NCBI RefSeq assembly: GCF_964188315.1
Contig: NC_135661.1
Coordinates: forward strand, 16,554,001-16,618,000
Length of the DNA: 64,000 nucleotides
Direction of reading: 5' to 3'
From: Podarcis muralis
Taxonomy: Eukaryota
This document shows, in pieces, positions 1 to 9,745 of the stretch. The notes beneath the pieces were generated by a model. The model did no database searches and was not told the origin of the DNA. It saw only the letters and a program-made list of their open reading frames with translations. Both the position numbers and the translations under genes were made by a program. The number at the start of each line of letters is the position of its first letter. Position 1 is the stretch's first letter.

Positions 1-70
1 AGGCTCTGTGGTTTAATCCACAGCGCCACCCGCGTCTCTAATGTCACCTAAATTACATATATGTTTCCAG

Positions 71-3000
71 CAGGAAAAGGCCAGCCTGGGGTGGAATCCA
101 CATCTGTTGCGACTGCTGCACCTGTACCAGCAACACAGGAGACGAACCAGTTCCCCACTCAAGGTAAGGAATGGAGGTGTGCGCAGCTGAAGAACTAGAA
201 AACCTGGAAACATTAAGCCACACAGCTCCTCGTATACACAAATATTATTACATTATTACATCCCCCACACATTTATATTCCACGGAGCTGTGACCTTCAT
301 TGGGGGAGGAAATTTTCAGGCAAGGAAATGCTTTTGAGACGCCACTCTGCACTTCCTGTCCTGCGGAGTTGAGGAAAGGCAGTGGTGGAGCACATGGGAA
401 ACATAGAATCATAGAACTGCAGAGTGGGAAGAGACCCAATGTTCATCTAGTCCAGTGCCCTGCAATGCAGGAATAATCCAGCTTCAATCCCAGCTTTTCT
501 ACGGATTGTTCCAATTTAGCAGTAATCAGGGGGGAGGGGCGGTTTCCCAGGGAAAGCGACAGAGCGAAAGGAAAACCTCTGGGACCCTGTGCCTTGAAAT
601 CGCAGAACGAAGAGAAGAGATTATGGGACAAAGTGTAGATGAGCCCTCGGTGTGGAGGTGTTACTAAAGGAAAAGGCTTCAGCATCTATCCTGATTTTCC
701 CATTTCTTTCCTTTTTACAAAAAAAAATGTTTTTATTAACGATTTCAACATAGCAAATTATCAAAGCATATCATACTCATTATTTTCCCCCTTTCCCCAC
801 CACCCCTTCGAACCCTCCCCCCCAAACTTCCCTAAGCTCCTCTCTCTGATTTCTCAGCACATATTATCCTCTGCATGTTATGAAATTATATATATCTTTA
901 TCTTTATTTTTTTTGTTTTGAGCCCTCTGGCTTGGGCCGGGGCCTGCATAGAAAAGATAAAAACCGTGCAGCGCAGAGGCAGGCGGTGGGCTCCGAGTGC
1001 GAGGCGACGTTGCTGATGCGCGCTGAGGGGACGGGGTGCTAGGCACTGTGGAAGGCAGCGCAGCATTGCTGGGGGAGCTTAAAGGCCAGGGCAGCTTACA
1101 GCAGGGACCCCCCCCCCAAATAGAGCTGCCCCGAAAGGGGAGGGGGGCAAGGCGGTGGCTCCTTCTGTACCATTTTGTTTCAAGAGCAAGGAAGTGGCGC
1201 TTCCTGTCAACAGCGCCTCCCCAAGGCACTTGTGGGCAGGTTTATCTTTATCTTATCTATCTACCCTGTTAGCAACCAATAGATTTGGGTATGTTTATTC
1301 AAAACCTGCCAAGGAGTCCAGTTCATTTTGTTGTCTTTTTAGATAATTTGTAAAATGCTCCCGTTCTTCCTTAAAGTCACAGTTGTCCTTGTTCCACAAT
1401 TTGTATGTCAATTTAGCCAGCTCTGCGTAACTCGTCCATTTTTCTTGCCACTGTTCTTTCGTTGGGAGATTTTCCCCATTTCTTTCCAAGATCTCCCTTC
1501 TCAGAAGTAATGGCGCCAATCACTTTCCCAACAGGGCAGGATCAGTCTGGGCTGACGCCTGCAGCTAGCACACCTGTTGACTCTCTACCTGTGCAGACAA
1601 CGACAGCAAATGCCCCCATCGAAACTGTGCCAGTCCAAACGACTCCCCAAAGCCCTGCACCAGGTATAGAGCAAAATCCAAATGAAAAATTCTAGCCATG
1701 AATTGTACATCTCATTATCATTATTATTAACTGGACACAAAGCTATCGTGTCTGGATCTCAGGGGACTGCAATGCTCTTCATATTGCATCTCTTTAATTT
1801 TGCGTGAATTAGGCTGTTTTCTGTTCATTTGCCCACCCTGCCGACTTGCAACTATGCTGACATGTAGGCCTGTGTTTCTCAGAAGTTCAGTTCATTTGGA
1901 CCTCTGTGGGTGGCGCTGTGGGTTAAACCACAGAACCTAGGATTTGCCGATCAGAAGGTCGGCGGTTCGAATCCCCGCAACAGGGTGAGCTCCCGTTGCT
2001 TGGTCCCTGCTACTGCCAACCTAGCAGTTCGAAAGCACGTCAAAGTGCAAGTAGATAAATAGGTACCACTCTGGCGAGAAGGTAAACGGCGTTTCCGTGC
2101 GCTGCTCTGGTTCGCCAGAAGCGGCTTAGTCATGCTGGCCACATGACCCGGAAGCTGTACACCAGCTCCCTCGGCCAAGAAAGAGAGATGAGCGCCGCAA
2201 CCCCAGAGTCGGCCATTACTGGACCTAATGGTCAGGGGTCCCTTTACGTGCTCTGAAAACATAGATGTCCATGGGTTTACTTTTATTGAAACCATAAGCA
2301 GAGAGGAATATGGGGCTGGGAAGTTTGCAACAATTTCTAATACTCTACACTCTTGGTTTCTTCTCCCTTAGTTTGCAAGACAAAATGGTTAAACCGGGAC
2401 AATCCCAGTGCAACTGGGGACTATGAGCTGATATACTACCTCAAAAAGGACTACCCAAAAGCCATTTGCAACAAGCCAATTGCTATCGAGGTCCAAACTG
2501 TGGATGGAATCCCAGCTTCTCAGACAGGACAGATATTTTCCAGGTGAGAATTCCATTCTGGCTTGGGTTGGGAAGGCGGAGATGATGGTTATAGATTGCA
2601 TCCAGTGTTAATTCCAATCTGTTGAATTAATGAGCCTGACTAACATAGGTCCATTAATTTCATCAGCTCCTCTCTAAGTAGAACTTAGTTGAATAGAACT
2701 GTATAATTTTGTTTTATTTTGCATTTAAGACCAGGGTGGAATCTACACACATTTAAAAAAACACTGTGAAAATGCTTTTTTAAAAAAATCTAGTGTCACA
2801 TTTATATATTGCACTTTACAAAACGTTTAAAACATTTTATTTGCAGCTGTACAGGGGAGTCCCAGGAATGGGATGATGAATGGGATGGCTTAACTCTGAG
2901 AGGCACAATGCTCTTTCAGAATTAGAGAATGGTTGTCCCTGAAATCACCTTCACAGGAATTTGAACGGTGTACTCATGCCATCAGTTTCAATGTGTGGCT

Positions 3001-5686
3001 ATTTTGGCAATCTGCCTTATTTCACCTACAAATGATTTTTAAAAATAATAATAATGGAAGGAAATTTGAGAAAGTCACCCTAAACAAATAGTAGCAGCAA
3101 TTAGAAAAAACAGAATCATAGAATTGTGGAGTTGGAAGGGAAAACCAGTTCAACCCCTGCAATACAGGAATTGTAACTAAAGAATGCCTGACAGATAAAG
3201 GTAAAGGGACCCCTGACCATTAGGTCCAGTTGTGGCTGACTCTGAGGTTGCAGCGCTTATCTTGCTTTATTGGCCGAGGGAGCCGGCGTACAGCATATGG
3301 ACAGCATGACTAAGCCGCTTCTGGCGAACCAGAGCAGCGCACGGAAATGCCGTTTACCATCCCGCCAGAGCGGTACCTATATATCTACTTGCACTTTGAC
3401 ATGCTTTCAAACTGCTAGGTTGGCAGGAGCTGGGACCAAGCAAGTGGAGCTCACTCCATCGCGGGGATTCGAACTGCCAACCTTCTGATCGGCAAGTCCT
3501 AGGCTCTGTGGTTTAACCCACAGTGCTCTGTTTAAAAACTTCCAAGGAGAGTCCACTACCTTCCAAGGGAGTCCATTCCACTATTAAACAGCTCTTGACG
3601 TTGGAAAGCTCTTCAGCCCTTGCAAAGGCACAATAAGTTGACAGGCAGTTCCTGCAAACCCAGCTTTGCCACGACTTTTCCTGTCCTGCACCTGTTACCA
3701 TCTATGGCATCAGGTGTGGGGCAGTTGACTATAGCTTAGCAAAAACAGCCTTGTGGGCCAAACAGGGAGGGTTGCCAGGTCTAGTTAGGCCTGTTGGCTA
3801 AAGGTTCCCAACTTCTGATGTAAGCAGGAAAACAATCTGTGCACAATACAGTCCACTGGAGTTCAACCAGCTTTTGCCACCTATACTGGAAATCAGGAAC
3901 TGGCCACTCTCTCAAATTTGGCTACTATTCCCCCCCCCCCCATACCTGTCCCCCATACTCTGCCTTGTGTCATTGAGCAGGAATGATGCAGTCAATGGGT
4001 TCGCTTGCATCAATGCCCAGCAAGGAAAAAGAGGTGTCTGCCACGACTATAAGGTCCGGTTCACCTGCCCAGACTCTTTCTGTTCAGGTGAGTGTCCATA
4101 TCACATCCAGTTTTTATATGGAGCAGCCAGGGGAAATGGGTTGTGCAAAGGATTCCCCTCTTCCAAGCTAACAGTGAACTACCCAATATCGCATGTCATG
4201 TGCCCAGTATTCAGCATGCCAACTCTCTTTTCCTGTGACTTGGCTGGATGTGTCTGAAATGCTTGTCATCTGAATTTCTCCCCAGATTGGGGAGTTTTTG
4301 AACTCGTAGTCTTATTTCTGCAGGGGGAGCCAATGTCTTGAGAATCCACCATTGTTCTGTTTAGTTTTTAATTTCCAAATTGCACACACACTGTTGGCTG
4401 CTGGAGAAGGGGGAGCAATGTGATTCAGTTTGCATTTAAAGGCTAATCCACACTTTCCGAGGCAATATGCGAAATGATACACAGCCATCCTTTGAGATTG
4501 GCACTTCTCTGAATTGTGCTTTTTGGTTCTCCAGCCGAGTAATGTGTGCAAAAATGCACCCACGAAGGAAAAATGTGCATAAAAATGGATATCATCGCGA
4601 AAATTATATACAAAAAATGTATGGGAGGAAGTGCTTTGCAAAAATGCATTAGGAAAAAATTGTACTAAAATGTTGGTGAATTTTCATGAGGATTTTTTAA
4701 GATTATTGCTATCTGATGCGGAAATGCAGAGATCTGAATTTAAGGCTGGGAAAATGAGGAAATGAGAGAAACTGAAATTGGCAGATTCTTTGGCTATTGG
4801 ATAGCTTTTGGACCGGGTCCAGTAGGCTTCCTCGCGCCTCACTGCTCTTCTCCCCGGCTCTCCGTCAGCTACTTGTAGCAGAGCTGACACAGCGGTTGAG
4901 AAACTGTTGCAATGTGTGTGTAATAAATCAAGCTGCACGCAAGCGTTCTTGCTTATCTCCAAAAGTCTTTAATCGTGTAGAAAAACATCATAGATCACCC
5001 GGTGAGAGAGCGCACATCTTGCTGCCTCACCGCTGAAACACGGAAGAACAAAGAACACAGAGAAGCACTCCCCTCTGTGCACAAAGCCACGCCTCAGAAT
5101 GTGAGACGTCACTCAGAACTTCTTAACCCTGTAAGTTCTGATTCTCTCCACAGATTCATCTATCTCTGTTTGCTGCATCTTCCCATTCTTTCAGATCTCT
5201 CTTCCAACACTACTGACACACATAGTTTAAACATTGCCAAAAAAGGGGGGTGCAATTGTATGTATGATTGCAAAAGGATTCATGTGTGGTGTTTTACCAA
5301 TGCTTTGTGCCTGTGTGTATGCTGAGAAAAATGGCAAAAAAGCATAGTTGATCTAATTGTGCATACAGTCGGTGTCGTCCTCATTCTTTGCTTTATCAAG
5401 GTGCTGATGTACCAGTAAAACACTGCACAAAATTAATCCTGAAGCAATTGTACATACAACCACAGCAGAGTTCCTTTGTTTCAGTGTTTTATCTATGCAG
5501 ATAAGTCAATAAATGAAAAGATTTTCAGACCATTATGCTTGTTTAATGAATTACCAATACACAGGGAAGTTGAGCTTTAGAGATATGGGGAGGAAGGAAC
5601 TGAATCAGTCCAGATTTTCATGCTGGATTTCTGTTTCCTCTCCTTAAGGAAATGACCAGAAAGGTGTGAAGGAGGAATCCCCATGA
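71..5686 (+). CDS. 3' part of a mucin-like/CILP-like gene: PTS-rich exons plus one WxxW (Mucin2_WxxW/CysD) domain. Exons 71-163, 1505-1663, 2372-2543, 3981-4087, probable terminal exon 5649-5686; 5' end lies upstream of the window
   Basis: All exons have AG/GT boundaries and join in frame (phases 1,1,2,1). Translation: ...[22 protein letters not shown]...[27 protein letters not shown]...[14 protein letters not shown]...[42 protein letters not shown]. The D-x-P-x-x-x-G-D-x-E and C-x-D-Y-x-V-R-F-x-C motifs are typical of CysD/WxxW domains. AATAAA at 5783-5788 supports the terminal exon, which is less certain than the others. Confidence 0.8.
712..1490 (-). mobile_element. 5'-truncated L1-clade LINE 3' end (ORF2 C-terminus plus 3'UTR), interrupted at 905-1242
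   Basis: Minus-strand peptide [34 protein letters not shown]...ELDSLAGFE* and its 3'UTR are homologous to the plus-strand copy at 33556-34092. Confidence 0.8.
905..1242 (-). mobile_element. GC/CpG-rich retroposed insert of unknown family
   Basis: Flanked by a 12-bp direct repeat TATCTTTATCTT (893-904, 1243-1254), has an A-rich tail on the minus strand, and splits an otherwise contiguous L1 3'UTR. Confidence 0.6.
1908..2247 (+). mobile_element. Sauria SINE
   Basis: tRNA-like head (GGTGGCGCTGTGG...GGTTCGAATCC), conserved body and CCCTTTAC tail; same family as several other copies in the window. Confidence 0.9.
3196..3526 (-). mobile_element. Sauria SINE
   Basis: Reverse complement of the 1908-2247 family, with an (AAAGGT)n tail at the left end. 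Confidence 0.9.
4789..5152 (-). mobile_element. LTR-like insertion of unknown family
   Basis: GATTC is duplicated at 4784-4788 and 5153-5157. The minus strand begins TGTGG, contains ATTAAA and an internal ...TTACA end at 4919, and the insert interrupts an older AT-rich repeat. Confidence 0.45.
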
Positions 5687-8512
5687 GCAGTCAGCTGCAG
5701 TCTTCAGCTTCTACCCATCTCTGGAAGAAGGTGGCGTCTTCTCATTCATCCTTGCTGCCGGCCTATAGCTCATACTTAATGCAATAAAGTCTCAAACGCA
5801 ACCCCCAACCTTGATGGTGGTGTCTAATTCTCTTCACAATTACTTTGCAACTGTTCAAAAGGCTGCAAATTTAACAGTTTATAGAAACAGCAGTGATGGA
5901 GCTGATATCATGTCATGTGAAAACAATGGAAAGGGTCACAGTTCAATGGCAGAGCATCTGTTCTATATGCAGAATGTCTCTGGTTCAATCCCTGGCATAT
6001 CCAGGTAGGGCTGGTAAAGATTCCTACCTAAAGCCCAGGAGAACTGCTGCCAGTCTAAGATAAATGGGCACATGACCTGGCTTGGTATAAGGCAGCTTCC
6101 TATTTAAATCAGCCCTTTATTTAGAACCATTAGGTCTAGCATCTTACTTCATATTTGGAAGACGGATCAGAACTCATTGGTAGAAGACATGTTTTGCATG
6201 CAGAAGGTCCCAGGGACACCAGAGAGGACCTGTAGCTGAAACCTTATTTGGGGTTCTTTGCAAATATTTTTGAAACAAATGAATATAGCTTGTTAAAAAT
6301 AAGAAGAATTAACGAAGTATCTGTACTAGTAGTTGGTTTTTTCTGGTGGTAGGCAACACACTTGAAGCATTCAGCTTAAAGGAAGGTTGTGGACTAATAC
6401 AACCTTCCCTAACCTAGAGCTCTCTAGGTGTTCTCAGACTCTCTAACTCTCATTATCCCTGACCATTAGCCATGCTGGCTGTGATTGACAGAAGTCCAAT
6501 GATATTTGGAGGGCTGCAAGATCCCCATCCCTGATTTAACAGATCAGGTTGGGGAAGGTTGGACTGACATCAGTTGAACGTGGTACGTGACCCCTCTTAA
6601 AATGCCCAGCAATATATGGAAGGCTGAAAGTTCACCACCCATTCTGCAATGGGACAGAGGTTTTTTGGTGGTTCGGAACCCAATGAACACACAAATGGGG
6701 TGTAGGCTAAAGATGTTATTGCACAGCCCAAAGAAAACCACAAAGCACTGCAATTAGTTTACATCCCTCAGATTGCTGTGAACCCTATCAGCAATGGTCA
6801 TGAGTCCTGAAGGTGGAGCTTGGCTGGTACACAGCACTCTCGGTGGCATTTCATAGACATTCCACCAGAAGAGGTGTTCTCGGGGCTTGTACACTTTTGT
6901 GTATAACATAGTTTCTGGGATAACACATCAGCTACCCACCAAACTGGAAGACACCTGAGCAGGCAGCCAAAACAGTCAACTTCTAAGTGTGGGTTCAGCA
7001 GAAGCCTATCTTAAATATTAAGATTCCCGCATGGTGACATAAAATCTGTGAGAAACCACTATTTTATGGAATAACAGGATAGGAACAGAAGTAACCCTCA
7101 AAGCCTTTCTAGACATGAAAGGAACATTGCTGCGCACCTCAAAACAGCAATGATTTCCTGCAACATCCCAATATACCGTCCCTGACTTAATGGATCGAGT
7201 TGGGAAAGGCTGAACTAATATCATTCTCATGTGGGGAGTGGCGAACCTCCTGCAATCACTCTTAAAATGTTTACATTAGTTATTCTGGCTCTGGGTAAAA
7301 ACAGTCTTTATGGGCTGAGGGAGGGAAGCATTTAGGGTGACAGTAGGAGGTACCTGTCAGGAGCTCGTCCTACACTCGAGTAGGACCCTGGCAGAGACAC
7401 ATGCCCAACTTCTAATAGTACCTCAGAGCCAGATGGACGGATTGACAAGGTGGAGGCTGGGCTATCAGGAAACTAGTGGTCTGGAAATGTAACAACCAGT
7501 TGCTCAGATCTGGAGAAGGCAGAAGCTTTTTCCCCATCAGGGTGTTCGCTCAACGTTAGTGGACTCCCATGCCCAACAACTCTTCCTTCCAGAATTATTC
7601 TTCCCCTGTTTGCCCACCTTTTGTTTACCTGCACTCCCTTTTACTTAAAACCAGAGATGACCCTTGGCTGTTGGCTTCCTCCTCTTCCCAGGTCTAACAT
7701 TTGCCTTTGTAGAACTCAGCAGGGAAGAGGCTGGAGAAAAATCTAGAATTAGTTGCCTCTGTCTATCATCGGCTCTGGCGCCACCTGCTGTTGGCTCCCT
7801 GCCTTCCACCCTAGAGGTTCCAATGGGCACAAACCACCATGGCCCTAGACCCAGTGTCTACTTGGAGGCTGGATTGCCCACCAGCCAATAGAACATACAT
7901 GCTCTCTCTCCCTCTCTGCACCCAATGGACAACATGCACAGTTGATGTCACAATAGCTGCACTTCAGAGTGTCCCTGGCAGGCCTTCATCAACAACAGGC
8001 ACTCACCTTGAGCAAGAGGACCCAGAGATGGCATGGGGCCGCAACAGTGACTTGAAGAGCAGGCCCTCTTGAGGAGGTGAGGTGAGAGGGGCATATGCAG
8101 GTGGGCAACATCTTCTGCCATTGATGGTGATGTCCTTTGTGTGAAAACTTCACAAGTTCCTTAACACTGTGGTCACTCTTCCCTGGGGTAGAATCAGTTA
8201 CCCAGAGCTTCACAAACACACACTCCTCCCTTCATGCAAGCCATTCATGTTACCACAAACTGAATGAAATGTTGCGGCCAAGCAGATAACCTGAAGAAGA
8301 GGGGCCCATGAGGCACAGGAAGCCTTGGCTGGAATCCAGATTGAAAATGAATCCAGAAATCACTTTCAGTCAATAGTGCCTGCTTGCTGCTCTAGCACCA
8401 TTTGCAGCAAGTCTCATTTTTGCTCAAAAATCTTGGGGAAATGTTCCCCATGTTATAAGCTAATTTCATCCTGAACTCTCTTTAATGCTGGCCATCAGGG
8501 ATAGAGGAAATT

Positions 8513-8743
8513 CAGTGGTGCCCCGCAAGACGAAATTAATTCGTTCCGCAAGTTTTGCCGTCTAGGGAATTTTTCGTCTTGCGAATTATTATTTAGACAA
8601 AGGAAACAAAGTCGCGAGACGTTTTCGTCTTGCGAAGCAAGCCCATAGGGAAATTCGTCTTGCGAGGCAACTCGCAAACAGAAAAACCTTTCGTCTAGCG
8701 AGTTTTTTGTCTTGCGAGGCATTCGTCTTGCGAGGTACCACTG
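8513..8743. mobile_element. Tc1/mariner-type MITE
   Basis: Terminal inverted repeats CAGTGGTGCCCCGCAAGACG / CGTCTTGCGAGGTACCACTG with an internally repeated CGTCTTGCGA motif. Confidence 0.8.
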
Positions 8744-8885
8744 TTCTTGTTCTGTACACATTTTAGGCAAACTGGCTAAATTTGTCATTCATAGAATTTA
8801 AACATTACATAGAATTTAATTCATAGAATTCCCGTCTCCCATTTTCAGCCAAATTCAGCAATTTAGTCTCCAAATTTAATGCCCC

Positions 8886-9218
8886 TTACTCACGGGTATG
8901 TTGCTTGTAGCCTGATGTTTGAAGAAGAAAGGTCGGCGCTCATCAGTAACAGCCGCGCGGCTTCGCTTCCGCGGAAAGAGCGATGAACTCACAGCACCGC
9001 TCCCCCTTCTGCGCTCCAGAGCCCCTTACGGGGTTCCTTCCGCGTTTCCGGGGTCGCTTCTGGTGCCCGCCGAGTCCCACGGCCACGGGCTCACTCTACC
9101 CGTGGTTTTTCTTGATGGGTCGCCGCTATGCCGCAGCGTGCGACCCTTTTCTGCGGAGCCCCTCTTCAGAGAGTGAAGAGGACCGCCATTACCGTTTCGC
9201 GCCGCCTCCGGAAGTCCC
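8886..9218 (-). mobile_element. Isolated L1-family 5'UTR/internal promoter fragment
   Basis: Starts GGGACTTCCGG and is collinear with the 5'UTR of the elements at 23205-25132 and 37845-39569 (shared GACTCGGCGGGCACCA, GAAGCCGC, ACCCGTGAGTAA). CpG-rich. Confidence 0.8.
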
Positions 9219-9469
9219 AGAATCCCACATTTTTAGGGGTATTGCATATGAAAATATGCATTGTAGTGGGAAAATTAACAGCTGTGCATGTTAGGGAGGA
9301 AATGTGTATTAAAAATTGCAATACATACAATTTAAACATTATTTTGAAATATATATTTTTAAGAAGAAGATCTTCACAGAATGAGATTAATTGCACTTAT
9401 TTTTGAAATCATGCAGAAATGCCATGGAATGGAAAGGGACTGAACTATCCATCCCTATTTGTCACTACA

Positions 9470-9632
9470 GAACAGACTATCTGGGAAGTGGCAGAGTCCC
9501 CTTCATTGGAAGTTTTTAAGCAGAAGTTGAATGGCCACCTGTCAGGAATTCTTCTGTTGTGATTCCTGCATTGCAAGAAGTTGGAGTAGATGACCTTTGG
9601 GGTCCCTTACAACTCTACAATTCTAAGATTCT
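9470..9632 (+). mobile_element. CR1 LINE 3' end fragment
   Basis: Typical CR1 3' end (GGAAGTTTTTAAGCAGAAGTTG...GATGACC...TTCTAAGATTCT). Similar fragments lie near 401-500, 3113-3195, 34255-34390, 35050-35215 and 54930-55060. Confidence 0.7.
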
Positions 9633-9650
9633 GTACAACTGTATAACTGA

Positions 9651-9654
<4 letters not shown>

Positions 9655-9690
<36 letters not shown>
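9655..9690 (+). repeat. (TC)n microsatellite
   Basis: About 18 perfect TC units directly upstream of an AG at 9696-9697. Confidence 0.95.
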
Positions 9691-9692
<2 letters not shown>

Positions 9693-9745
9693 GACAGCTT
9701 CCCCTTCCCCTTCTTCTCTCATCTACTTCCTTCATCCTGCTCGTC

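Noticed and set aside
1908-1990. tRNA gene (also at other SINE heads)
   Set aside because: The A/B-box-like sequence is the tRNA-derived head of a SINE and continues into SINE body; no complete cloverleaf.
2372-4087. Assigning CILP/CILP2 or MUC2/MUC5 as gene symbol
   Set aside because: Only the WxxW domain is shared; no TSP1, Ig, vWD or cystine-knot exons follow.
4286-4339. Alternative terminal exon for the WxxW gene ([18 protein letters not shown])
   Set aside because: Weaker acceptor context and no nearby poly(A) signal; 5649-5686 is better supported, though this one is not excluded.
8513-8743. CRISPR-like array of CGTCTTGCGA repeats
   Set aside because: Eukaryotic context, irregular spacing, and terminal inverted repeats identify it as a MITE.
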